Made by a program: the position numbers and the translations under genes. The notes below the pieces were generated by a model that ran no database searches, was not told where the DNA came from, and worked only from the letters and a program-made list of their open reading frames with translations. A stretch of DNA of 64,000 bases from Limisphaerales bacterium (GTDB lineage Bacteria > Verrucomicrobiota > Verrucomicrobiia > Limisphaerales > CAIMTB01), in assembly GCA_050250555.1 (NCBI GenBank), contig JBFWOK010000005.1:14602-78601 (forward strand), written 5' to 3'. Every line of letters starts with the position of its first letter. The first letter of the stretch is position 1. Of the stretch, positions 47,880-56,670 are shown piece after piece.

Positions 47880-49135
47880 AGCGTCGTGGGTTCGGCAAGG
47901 AGACGGACCTGGGGCGGACCGGGAAGCCAGATCCGGAAGCGGGTTCCCCGGCCGACATGGCTCTCGACGTCGATGCGGCCGTGGTGATCCCGGACGATGC
48001 GCTGGACGATCATGAGTCCAAGCCCGGTGCCCTTCTTCTTCGTGGTGTGAAACGGTTTGAAGAGTCGGTTCATCGTCTCCTGGGGGATCCCGCCGCCGGT
48101 GTCGGCGACGCTGAACCAAAGACCTTCCGCGTGGCTCCCCGTCGCGAGCGTCAGCGTTCCCCCCCGCGTCATCGCCTGCATGGCGTTGCGGATGAGGTTG
48201 ACGAGGACCTGCTTCACCTGGTCGGGATCGAACCACCCCTGGGGCAAGGAAGAGTCGAGTTCCTCGACCTCCAGCAGCCCGCGGTTTTCGAGTTCCGGTC
48301 GCAGGAGTTCCAGCGTTTCGCGCACCGTGGCGTTCAGGTCGGCGGCCCGATGCTTCGGCGCGCTGGGTCGAAGGGCCTGAAGGAACTGGCTGACAATGTA
48401 GACGAGGCGCCCGATCTCGCCGCGGGCGACCCCCGTGAAATCCTGGAGCCGGTCCAGGCACGTGAACGCGGCCTGTTCCGCGCCCAGCTGATGCGGCCGG
48501 GGTCGGGCGGCGCGCGGACTGTGATTCCGGAGCGCGACCAGCTCGGTGCGCAGCTTGCGCAATTCACGCTCCATGAGCTGGAGATGGATGTTGAGCGCGT
48601 TGAGGGGATTTCCGATTTCGTGCGCCAGGGACGCCGCAAGAAGGGTCAGGGCCTGAAGCCGTTCGCTTTCGACGTTCTCGAACTCCTTCTGCCGGGCCTC
48701 GGTCGCGTCGTTGAGCACCAGCGCGATCCCAGCGCTGCCCGCGGTCTCGCCGTCGATGGGCGCCGCGAACAGGCGGAAAAACCGCGGGCGCGGCCAGGCC
48801 ACTTCGAATTCCTGCCGCACCACCTGGGCGCCTCCGCGACGGTCCAGGTCGCGGAGCTTCGACCAGTCGAGTTCGGGCAGGATCTGCTGAATCGACTGCC
48901 CGTCCGCGCGCGTGTTCTCCGGCAACCCGAGCAGCCGCATGGCGCCCTGGTTGAGGTAAAGCACCCGGCCATCGTCCGCGACCACCACGATGCCGTCCTC
49001 GACGATGTTGAAGACCGTCTCGAGCAGGCTCCGCTCCTCGGCCAGCCGCCGCATCAGCGCCCGCACGTTCTCGCTGTCGAGCCGGGTCAGGCGGCCGAGG
49101 ACCTTGTCGACGAAGCTGGTTTTCTGGGGCGGCAT
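47876..49135 (-). CDS. cytoplasmic PAS sensor histidine kinase (NtrB-like)
   Basis: No TM segment. PAS-like N-terminus; H box SLAHEIGNPLNAL; N box NLIRNAMQAM; G boxes DTGGGIP and GTGLGL. Confidence 0.85.
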   Translation of the reverse strand: MPPQKTSFVDKVLGRLTRLDSENVRALMRRLAEERSLLETVFNIVEDGIVVVADDGRVLYLNQGAMRLLGLPENTRADGQSIQQILPELDWSKLRDLDRRGGAQVVRQEFEVAWPRPRFFRLFAAPIDGETAGSAGIALVLNDATEARQKEFENVESERLQALTLLAASLAHEIGNPLNALNIHLQLMERELRKLRTELVALRNHSPRAARPRPHQLGAEQAAFTCLDRLQDFTGVARGEIGRLVYIVSQFLQALRPSAPKHRAADLNATVRETLELLRPELENRGLLEVEELDSSLPQGWFDPDQVKQVLVNLIRNAMQAMTRGGTLTLATGSHAEGLWFSVADTGGGIPQETMNRLFKPFHTTKKKGTGLGLMIVQRIVRDHHGRIDVESHVGRGTRFRIWLPGPPQVRLLAEPTTL

Positions 49136-49170
49136 CCGTGGGTCGCGTCAACGGGTTGGATCGAATCGGA

Positions 49171-50169
49171 TCAGAGCCAGCCCTTTCGCTTGAAATAGTA
49201 GAATGTGGCGCCGGTGGTGAGGACGGTGAGCCCGATGACGTAGGTGTATCCGAACGGGCTTTTGACCTCCGGCATGGTGTCGAAGTTCATTCCGTACCAG
49301 GTCCCGATGAGCGTGAGCGGCGTCGTCAGGATGGTGATCAGCGTCAGCAGCTTGATGACCTCCCCGGTCCGGTGGCTCGACATGTTGACGTAGACCTGGA
49401 GGAGGTTGGTGAGGGAATCCGCGTAGGCCTGGGCGCGTTCGCCGATCGTGAAGAGCGCGTCGTAGACATCGCGGAAATAGGGAACGAGATGCGCGCGAAC
49501 CAGCTTGAATTCGTTGCGCGCGAACCGAGCCAGGACTTCCCGCTGCGGCCCGATGATCTGCCGGAGATGGAGCACCTCCTTCTTGACCCTGAGAATCCGG
49601 CTGATGATCTGCCGATCCTGCCGCTCGACGACTTCCTGTTCGAGTTCCGCGATCTCAAAGGCCAACTCCTCCAACGCCGGCTTGTAGTTGTCGACGATGG
49701 CGTCGAGGAGGGTGTGCGCGACCCGGTCGGGCGCCCGCGCCACGTGGATCGTCCCCTTGCGACACCGGTCCTCGACCATCTGAACGCTTCGCATGGGCTG
49801 GTCGTGGTAGGTGACGAGGAAGTTCTTGCCCAGGAAGAAGTTCAGCTCGGTCGTCGCGAACACGCCGTCCTTGCGGCTGTAGTCCACGGCATGCACCACC
49901 ATGAACAGGTAGGGGGAGAACCGATCCTCCTCCTTCGGGAAGTACTCCTCGACCTTCGGGGACGGCGATTCGGCGACACAATCCTCGATCGAGAGCGCGT
50001 GGAAATGGAAGATCTCGCCCAGAACCATCCGGGCCTCCTCGGGAGTCGCCGCTTCGATATCGATCCAGAGGAAAAGATTCGTGTCCGAAAGGAGCGTGGG
50101 CATCAGGAACGGTGCGATGTCCTGACTGTGAAGCCCTCCTTTGGTGGTGAACGCGAACGACCGGATCAT
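49171..50169 (-). CDS. corA: CorA-family magnesium/cobalt transporter
   Basis: Trimmed to ATG 50169 (frame-checked). YGMNF signature between two C-terminal TM helices. Confidence 0.85.
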   Translation of the reverse strand: MIRSFAFTTKGGLHSQDIAPFLMPTLLSDTNLFLWIDIEAATPEEARMVLGEIFHFHALSIEDCVAESPSPKVEEYFPKEEDRFSPYLFMVVHAVDYSRKDGVFATTELNFFLGKNFLVTYHDQPMRSVQMVEDRCRKGTIHVARAPDRVAHTLLDAIVDNYKPALEELAFEIAELEQEVVERQDRQIISRILRVKKEVLHLRQIIGPQREVLARFARNEFKLVRAHLVPYFRDVYDALFTIGERAQAYADSLTNLLQVYVNMSSHRTGEVIKLLTLITILTTPLTLIGTWYGMNFDTMPEVKSPFGYTYVIGLTVLTTGATFYYFKRKGWL

Positions 50170-50194
50170 GCCATGCCGTGGACACGGCCGGACC

Positions 50195-50210
50195 TGCCGG
50201 TGGCGTGCCA
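50195..50210 (-). promoter_or_regulatory. candidate sigma-54 (-24/-12) promoter
   Basis: The minus strand reads TGGCACGCCACCGGCA, against consensus TGGCACG-N4-TTGCW. The -24 TGGCACG is perfect. The -12 GC and following A are at the correct spacing, but TT is replaced by CG. It ends 25 nt upstream of the corA ATG, and an NtrC-type activator is encoded downstream. Confidence 0.35.
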
Positions 50211-50332
50211 ATGTGGCGCGATGGTAGGGCGGACGAAGGTCATGGCAAGCGGCAACCCCCGATTCCCTCGAACTCCGCCACCAATCCGAGTCGCCGGATC
50301 CGATCTTTGACCTTCCGAGGCCACTCCCTAGG

Positions 50333-52381
50333 ATGCCGCCCATGCAATCGGCCTCGCTTCCTCCCGGTCGCCGGTACGCCCCCACCGTCTTCGCGGCCGT
50401 CGTCCTCCTGGCCACGGTGGCCGAGAGTTTCGCCACCAATCCACCCGAGCCGTTCGCGCGCGCTCCCTATCTTCAGTTCGCCGGACCGAACCTCATGCAC
50501 GTGGTGTGGAGAACGGTCGGGCCAATTCAACCCCGGGTTCGATTCGGACGGGACTCGCTCCACCTGAACCAGGAGGCGCGTCTCTCCGACATCGTGGTCC
50601 GCGCGTCCCTCGGCACGAACGGCCAGACGTTGCCCGAGCGCTGGGCCTCCCTCCGCACCGAAGCCAATCTCCTGCTCCCGAAACTGCATTCGGCACCCGT
50701 GGGAACCTTCCAGTACGAGGCCCGCATCCCGGACCTCTCCCCGTCCACGACGTATTTCTACGCGATCTACGACGGCGACCGACGGCTGACGCCGCCGGAT
50801 CCGTCCTACCAGTTCACGACCCATCCCACCCCGGGTTCGTCCGGGCCCGTCCGTGTCTGGGTCATCGGCGACGGCGGCACCGGCCGCGAGCAGCAGTCCG
50901 CCGTGCATCAAGCCATGCGGGCGACGGTGGAACGCGAGAATCATCCCCTCGACTTCTGGATTCATGTCGGGGACATGGCCTACGGCGTCGGTCGCGACAT
51001 GGAGTTTCAGAGCCGGTTCTTCGAATCCTACGACCAGACCCTCCGCCACAAGGTGTGCTGGCCCACCATGGGAAATCACGAAGGTCACACGTCCAACGGC
51101 CGCACGGGCATCGGCCCCTACTACGACGCCTATGTGGTCCCGACCCGCGGGGAATCCGGCGGCCTCGCGTCCGGCACCGAGGCCTATTACTCATTCGACT
51201 ACGCCAACATCCACTTCATCTGCCTCAACTCCCACGACCTCGACCGTCGTCCCGGCGAACCCATGGCCCGCTGGTTGAAGGCGGACCTCGAGAAAACCAA
51301 GGCCGATTGGCTGATCGCCTACTGGCACCACCCCCCGTACACCAAGGGAAGCCACGACAGCGACAAGGAGAAGGACCTCACCGAAATGCGGGAACTCGTC
51401 ATGCCAGTCATCGAACAGGGCGGCGTCGACCTCGTCCTCACCGGGCATTCACACGTCTATGAACGGTCCATGCTCATGGACGGAGCCTACGCGACCCCCA
51501 CGGTTTCGGAGAACGTCATCCTCGATGACGGCGACGGGGATCCCACGAGCGACGGCGCCTACCGCAAGAGCTCCGGAATCCACCCGCACGAGGGCACCGT
51601 CCAGGTCGTCGCCGGCAATGCCGGCGCAAGCCTGGGCTGGGTGGGAAATATCCCCGTCATGCGAAAGATCGTCGTCGAACACGGATCCGTCATCGTCGAT
51701 GTCCACGGCGACACCCTGGTCGCTCGCATGATCAACCGGGAGGGTGTCAGCCGAGACCTGTTCAGCGTCGTCAAGCGCGGGAAGGTGTCCCCGGTCCGAC
51801 TGGCGCTACCCTGGCAGCCGCCCGCCTACGTCAAACCCACCAAATCCCTGTCCAATCCGTCGACTCCCCCGGTCGATCATCGCGTCCTCATTCCCGAAGG
51901 CGCCCGGTGGCGCTACGCCTTCGATCCCCTTCCCCGCGGCTCGGACTGGACGCAACCCGAATTCGACGCCGCCAGTTGGCCCACCGGCGAAAGCGGATTC
52001 GGTTTCGGGCCTGGTCGGCACAGGACCTCCCTCGATGCAATGGCGGACAAACACGCCACGCTCTACATGCGCCGATCCTTCGAAATTTCGCAGGCCGATC
52101 GCGTCACGGAACTCGGCCTCTGGATTGACTACGACGACGCCTTCATCGCGTATTTGAACGGTCGCGAAGTCGCCCGCGTGGGCGTCGGACGCAGCAGCGG
52201 CCGCAACGCCCAGAAGATCACCGCCCGAAGCGAGAAACGCTCCGGCCGCAGATATTTCGTCCTCAAGGATTCCCACAAATACCTCCGCGACGGCTCCAAT
52301 GTCCTCGCCATCGAAGTCCACAATGAGACGCTCGACAGCGGCGATCTTCGCGCGGACCCGATCCTGATCCTCGAGGACTGA
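50333..52381 (+). CDS. secreted metallophosphoesterase (purple acid phosphatase-like) with C-terminal galactose-binding-like domain
   Basis: Motifs GDGG, GDMAY, GNHE, WHHPPY and GHSHVYER. The C-terminal block W..P.FD...W..GESGFGFG..LYMRRSF..DYDDAFIAYLNGREV is typical of a carbohydrate-binding-like jelly roll. Confidence 0.75.
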   Translation: MPPMQSASLPPGRRYAPTVFAAVVLLATVAESFATNPPEPFARAPYLQFAGPNLMHVVWRTVGPIQPRVRFGRDSLHLNQEARLSDIVVRASLGTNGQTLPERWASLRTEANLLLPKLHSAPVGTFQYEARIPDLSPSTTYFYAIYDGDRRLTPPDPSYQFTTHPTPGSSGPVRVWVIGDGGTGREQQSAVHQAMRATVERENHPLDFWIHVGDMAYGVGRDMEFQSRFFESYDQTLRHKVCWPTMGNHEGHTSNGRTGIGPYYDAYVVPTRGESGGLASGTEAYYSFDYANIHFICLNSHDLDRRPGEPMARWLKADLEKTKADWLIAYWHHPPYTKGSHDSDKEKDLTEMRELVMPVIEQGGVDLVLTGHSHVYERSMLMDGAYATPTVSENVILDDGDGDPTSDGAYRKSSGIHPHEGTVQVVAGNAGASLGWVGNIPVMRKIVVEHGSVIVDVHGDTLVARMINREGVSRDLFSVVKRGKVSPVRLALPWQPPAYVKPTKSLSNPSTPPVDHRVLIPEGARWRYAFDPLPRGSDWTQPEFDAASWPTGESGFGFGPGRHRTSLDAMADKHATLYMRRSFEISQADRVTELGLWIDYDDAFIAYLNGREVARVGVGRSSGRNAQKITARSEKRSGRRYFVLKDSHKYLRDGSNVLAIEVHNETLDSGDLRADPILILED

Positions 52382-52385
52382 CCCC

Positions 52386-53354
52386 ATGCCCCACCGCCAG
52401 CCTTCGTCCCCGTCCGCCTCGCGCCGCCGCCTTCCCGGATGGGTCCTGGGACTTTGCCTCGGATGGGCCTCCGCGGGCCCGCTCCCCTTCGAACTCCGAC
52501 TCCTCGCCCATGAGGGGCCCGAGCACGAGATCGAGGAACTCACCGCGCTGCTCAAGGCCCGCGGCGACTCCCCGGACCTGCTCATCGAACGCGCCATCGA
52601 GTACGGAGTCCTCGGCAAATACACCGAGGCGATCCACGACCTCGAACGCGCCCTCCAGCTCGATCCGAATTCGATCCACGCCTTCCGCGAACTCGGCCGT
52701 CTCCAGTCGCTCAATGGCAAGACCGACGACGCGATCGCGACCGTGTCCCGCGCGCTTCGCCTCGGGATCGAGGAACCGATCGACCGCGGAGGCTTGCTGA
52801 TCCTCAGGGCCGAATTGTTACGGTCCAAGGACCGCGACCGCCGTGCCCTCGAGGACTGCCAAGCCGCCATTGGCCTTCATCCGAGGAATCCCGAGTGGTA
52901 CCTCCTGCGGAGCGATCTCCAGCGGCGGTTGAAGCTTCACAAGGATCGGATCGCGGGACTCGAAGCCGGTCTCACCGAAACGGGAGCGGGCGTTCTCGCC
53001 ATCGAGCGGATCGAGGCCCTGCTCGACGCGAAGGAATTCGCCATCGCCTTGAAAGCCATCGAACCCGAACTGGATTCGTCGCGTCTCAAGGAAGCCTGGC
53101 TCGTTCGGCGCGGCCGCGCCCGACTGGGCCTCGGCGACCGGAAGGGCGGCGAGGAGGATCTTCGGGCCGCGCTCGCGGAGATCGGGACGCTGTTGAACCC
53201 CGCGCGTCCAGACGCCACCCTGCTTCTCGATCAGGCCACGGCGCTCGTCCTGCTCGGGGATCTCGCCGGCGCCCGGCAGGCCTACCAACTCGCCAAGGAC
53301 AAAGGGGGCGCCCCCGACCTCACCCGACGCATCCAGGCCCTGCTTCCGCCCTAG
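52386..53354 (+). CDS. TPR-repeat protein
   Basis: Signal-like N-terminus followed by repeated 34-aa A/L/Y/G-patterned helices (..AIEYGVLGKYTEAIHDLERALQLDPNS..). Confidence 0.65.
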   Translation: MPHRQPSSPSASRRRLPGWVLGLCLGWASAGPLPFELRLLAHEGPEHEIEELTALLKARGDSPDLLIERAIEYGVLGKYTEAIHDLERALQLDPNSIHAFRELGRLQSLNGKTDDAIATVSRALRLGIEEPIDRGGLLILRAELLRSKDRDRRALEDCQAAIGLHPRNPEWYLLRSDLQRRLKLHKDRIAGLEAGLTETGAGVLAIERIEALLDAKEFAIALKAIEPELDSSRLKEAWLVRRGRARLGLGDRKGGEEDLRAALAEIGTLLNPARPDATLLLDQATALVLLGDLAGARQAYQLAKDKGGAPDLTRRIQALLPP

Positions 53355-53368
53355 TCTCGGGCTCAAAG

Positions 53369-53389
53369 GGGCGGCGCTGCGCGGCGCCC
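53369..53389. terminator. GC-rich hairpin between convergent genes (weak intrinsic terminator candidate)
   Basis: GGGCG-g-CGC tgc GCG-g-CGCCC: 5+3 bp with one mismatch. It is followed by TTT only on the minus strand. Lies 15 nt after the TPR stop and about 30 nt after the PA14 stop. Confidence 0.3.
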
Positions 53390-53420
53390 AAGTGCTCCGC
53401 GGACCACGCTCTTTGTTATT

Positions 53421-56264
53421 TCAGGGAGAAATGCCCCGGAAGTATCCAGCCGCGGCTCCCGCGGGAATGGTGTAGGGAGACACGGTGCTGACTTCGGTCC
53501 ACGAGATGGGCGCCGTCAGACTCTCCGCCCGTTGCAGTCGGTAGCCGGCGGGGAATCGCACGACGAGGGCCGCCCCGTCGCGCGCAATCTCCAGAGTCGC
53601 CGCCACCGGTGCCGCCACGTGATGGGTGACCACCACGCCATACATGTTCTGGCCGGCGTTGTCCGCCTGCCTGAGTTTGAAGGTCCCAGCCGGGAATGAT
53701 TTCACATACACGGAGTACCACTGATTGATCGTACCATCGGCGCCTTCGTCGATGCCGATCTCGTCCGGCGCGGCGGGATCGCCGGTGCGGTTGGCTCCCG
53801 TCATCTTCGGAGCCCAGCCCTCGTCGAGAACCCATTGCATGCGCGTCGGACCGAAGGCCGGCGGAGTCGTGTTCGGTCCGTTGGGATCGCCCAACCGGTT
53901 GTCGACCAGCAGGTACGCGTCCACCATCTCCGACACGGTGACATCCAGGACGTACGACGCGTTGTCGCGATTGTCGTTCCCCGACAGGATGTACTCGCCG
54001 TTCCGCAGGTAGGACGGGATGGACACGGTATCGGAGGCGTTCGTGTAGCGGTGGTTGCGATCCACGAAAGCCGGGGAGTGGTTCCCAAGCCAACCCACCG
54101 TGTGCGCGGCATCCAGCGGAGTGCCCGGCAAAGGTTCGTTGGCAACCCCATTGATGAAGGTCTGACCCGTCCATTGGGCCACGATCGTGTCGGTCGCCTC
54201 GTTGTCGCCACCCGTTTCCGCCACCCGCGTGATCAGCATCGGGTGAAGCATCGCCTTCGTCGCCGCGTTGATCGCCGCTCCGCCCGAGCGCAGGTGGAAA
54301 TTAGCACCGCCATGGACGGACGGATCGGGATTGCCGGAGTGATTCACCCCCGCGGGACTGCCGTCGGGCGAGTTGTCACTCGTCCAGTCACCGTTGAAAT
54401 AGGTGATCTCGATCGGGTACAGCCCCGCCGCGCCGAAGTTGACGTTGCCGTCCACCGTGGCATCGCCATGGCTTCCGTCGTTGTTGACGACGTCGAGGCC
54501 GGCAACGGTGATCCGGGACCCATCATCCGAGGTCGTGCCAAGATTGATCGTCTGCGGTCCCGGAACGCTGACATAGCCCGAGAAACGGAAAGCGCCTTCG
54601 TCCAGGTTCCCAGCCGACCCCACAAACGAACCGGCGTCACCGCCCAGCCAGGCCGCCACGTCCGTGAGGTCATTCCCCGTGTAGGACCAACCCGTCGCCA
54701 GGAAAGTCCCCTGAGCCCTGCCAAACCGACGAATCTGACGGTCGATCCCGTTGTCCCGATTGGCCGCGCCATCGGTGAGAATCGACACCGGCGGGCGCAA
54801 CCAGTACTCGCCGGTCAGGCCTCCACCCGCGTCACCGCGCGGCCCCCGAACAGCCGCCTCGGGCGGAACCAAGGCCACCGGCGCGGTGGCATGAAACATT
54901 CCCATTCGAGCCGCGGTGACGGTCGCGCCGTCGACCCTCAGAGTGAAGTTCGCGCCACCGTGAACCGATGGATCGGGGTTTCCCGAATGGTTCACCCCTT
55001 CCGGACTGCCGTCCGGTGAGTTGTCACTCGTCCAATCCCCGTTGTAGTAGGTCACCTCGATCGGGTACAGGCCGGAGGCGCTGAAGTTCACGTTGGTATC
55101 CATGGTCTGGTCACCATGGCTGCCGTCGTTGTTGATGATGTCGATTCCGGCGATTCGGATGCGCGACCCGTCGTCCGAGATCGTCCCAAGATTGAGGGTG
55201 CCCGGACTGGTCACATTCAGGAAGCCGGTGAAGCGAAAGGCGCCGTCATCGAGGTTCCCCGCCGTGCCCGAGAAGGAGGCTCCATCCGAGGAAAGCCATG
55301 GCCCCACTTCGGTCAGATCGTTCCCCGTGTAAGCCATCTGCTTGGCCTCGAAAACCCCGGACGGCGACCCGAATCCTCTGATCTGACGGTCGACTCCGTT
55401 CTCACGGTTGACCGCTCCGTCACCCAGAATCGAATTCACGGGTCGTTGCCAATACTCGCCCCGCAGCGATCCGCCGGCCGTGGTCAGGGGCGGTAGAACG
55501 GCAAGCTCGGGTGGCACAAAGGCCACCGGAGCCGTCGTATGGAACATCCGAAGCGTCGTTGCGGTCACCGTCGCGCCGTTCACCCGCAGGTGGAAATTGG
55601 CGCCGCCATGAACGCTCGGATCCGGATTCCCGGAATGATTCACCCCTTCCGGACTGCCGTCCGGCGAGTTGTCACTGGTCCAATCCCCGTTGAAGTAGGT
55701 GACTTCGATGGGATAAAGCCCCGCCGCCTCGAAATTGACCGCGACATCCACCGTGGCGTCGCCGTGGCTGCCGTCATTGTTGACGATGTCGAGACCGCCG
55801 ATGTTGATCCGAGAACCGTCGTCCGAAGTGGTTCCCAATTGCACAGGACCCGCCGCGTTGACGTTGATATAACCGGTGAACCGAAATGCCGCGTCATCCA
55901 GGTCGCCCGCGCCGCCCTTGAACGAGCCCGCGTCGGTCGCCAACCAGTCGGCAATCGGCGTCAGATCGTTGCCCGTGTAGGTCAGACGCCCAGCCTGGAA
56001 AGTCCCCGACGGAAGACCAAAATCCCGGATCTGCCGGTCGATCCCATTGGCCCGGACCGTCGCGCCATCGGTTCCAATGGACGTGGGAGGACGCAACCAG
56101 TACTCCCCATTCAGGCCGGTTCCCACAGTTGTCACCCGGGGACTGACCGCGACCGAGGCCGGCACGGTCACGGGAGACTGCGCCACCACTGGGAGCCCCG
56201 AGAAACAGACGCTGAACGCAAGGAACGCCAGCCAACGCGAGGTTTTCGGAGAAACGCGATCCAT
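53421..56264 (-). CDS. secreted protein with three tandem PA14 domains and an unknown C-terminal domain
   Basis: Trimmed to ATG 56264 (signal peptide). Three 216-aa units each contain GEYW..YTGNDLT..FRFTG..TSDDGSRI..NNDGSHGD..GLYPIEVTYFNGDWTSDNSPDGSP. The ~330-aa C-terminal region carries no recognisable motif. Confidence 0.8.
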   Translation of the reverse strand: MDRVSPKTSRWLAFLAFSVCFSGLPVVAQSPVTVPASVAVSPRVTTVGTGLNGEYWLRPPTSIGTDGATVRANGIDRQIRDFGLPSGTFQAGRLTYTGNDLTPIADWLATDAGSFKGGAGDLDDAAFRFTGYINVNAAGPVQLGTTSDDGSRINIGGLDIVNNDGSHGDATVDVAVNFEAAGLYPIEVTYFNGDWTSDNSPDGSPEGVNHSGNPDPSVHGGANFHLRVNGATVTATTLRMFHTTAPVAFVPPELAVLPPLTTAGGSLRGEYWQRPVNSILGDGAVNRENGVDRQIRGFGSPSGVFEAKQMAYTGNDLTEVGPWLSSDGASFSGTAGNLDDGAFRFTGFLNVTSPGTLNLGTISDDGSRIRIAGIDIINNDGSHGDQTMDTNVNFSASGLYPIEVTYYNGDWTSDNSPDGSPEGVNHSGNPDPSVHGGANFTLRVDGATVTAARMGMFHATAPVALVPPEAAVRGPRGDAGGGLTGEYWLRPPVSILTDGAANRDNGIDRQIRRFGRAQGTFLATGWSYTGNDLTDVAAWLGGDAGSFVGSAGNLDEGAFRFSGYVSVPGPQTINLGTTSDDGSRITVAGLDVVNNDGSHGDATVDGNVNFGAAGLYPIEITYFNGDWTSDNSPDGSPAGVNHSGNPDPSVHGGANFHLRSGGAAINAATKAMLHPMLITRVAETGGDNEATDTIVAQWTGQTFINGVANEPLPGTPLDAAHTVGWLGNHSPAFVDRNHRYTNASDTVSIPSYLRNGEYILSGNDNRDNASYVLDVTVSEMVDAYLLVDNRLGDPNGPNTTPPAFGPTRMQWVLDEGWAPKMTGANRTGDPAAPDEIGIDEGADGTINQWYSVYVKSFPAGTFKLRQADNAGQNMYGVVVTHHVAAPVAATLEIARDGAALVVRFPAGYRLQRAESLTAPISWTEVSTVSPYTIPAGAAAGYFRGISP
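54260..56110. repeat. three in-frame tandem repeats of 648 bp (PA14 units) inside the gene
   Basis: The anchor string GAGTTGTCACT recurs at 54375, 55023 and 55671 (position of its GTCACT), exactly 648 bp apart. The array limits are approximate. Confidence 0.75.
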
Positions 56265-56670
56265 AATCGAGAATGAGGAGTTTGGGTTGAGAACACAGCG
56301 GCCTTCCACGCAACTGCCCGACCATCCGACCCACTACCGCACCGTCGACGACACCAAGTTCCGCGCCCCTTCGGTGGCCACGGGGTAGATCACAGATCAC
56401 AACGCGACCCGGGAGCCAATTTTCTACTGGGGCAGGCACGAAACATCATAACAATGTAAAATTGACAAGCTTTATGTGATGAAATTGCTTGAACCTGAAG
56501 CCGATGAGTCCCAGGAAAGCCGTCATTATCACTTCGTTGTTCGGACGCCATCGGTTGATGGATAGACGACCGGGTTCTGGCGTTCCGGTCGGGGCCCCGG
56601 CACGAGTTCCTTGACCACGGCCACCCCGCCCTTCATGACCCGCGGCCCCGCCCTCGAAGCCCACCCGCCG

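Noticed and set aside
40161-50310. Series of long plus-strand ORFs (40161..41297, 41216..42475, 44193..45311, 45315..46478, 46506..47438, 47957..49198, 49138..50310)
   Set aside because: All are antisense to minus-strand genes with strong family motifs (GT4 EX7E, GT9, GT39, AAA+ GAFTGA, H/N/G boxes, YGMNF). Their translations are Arg/Asp/Gly/Pro-rich without motifs.
56462-56490. TTGACA hexamer as a sigma-70 -35 box
   Set aside because: No acceptable -10 hexamer lies 16-18 nt downstream (ttgctt/attgct). It is kept only as part of the A+T-rich island observation.
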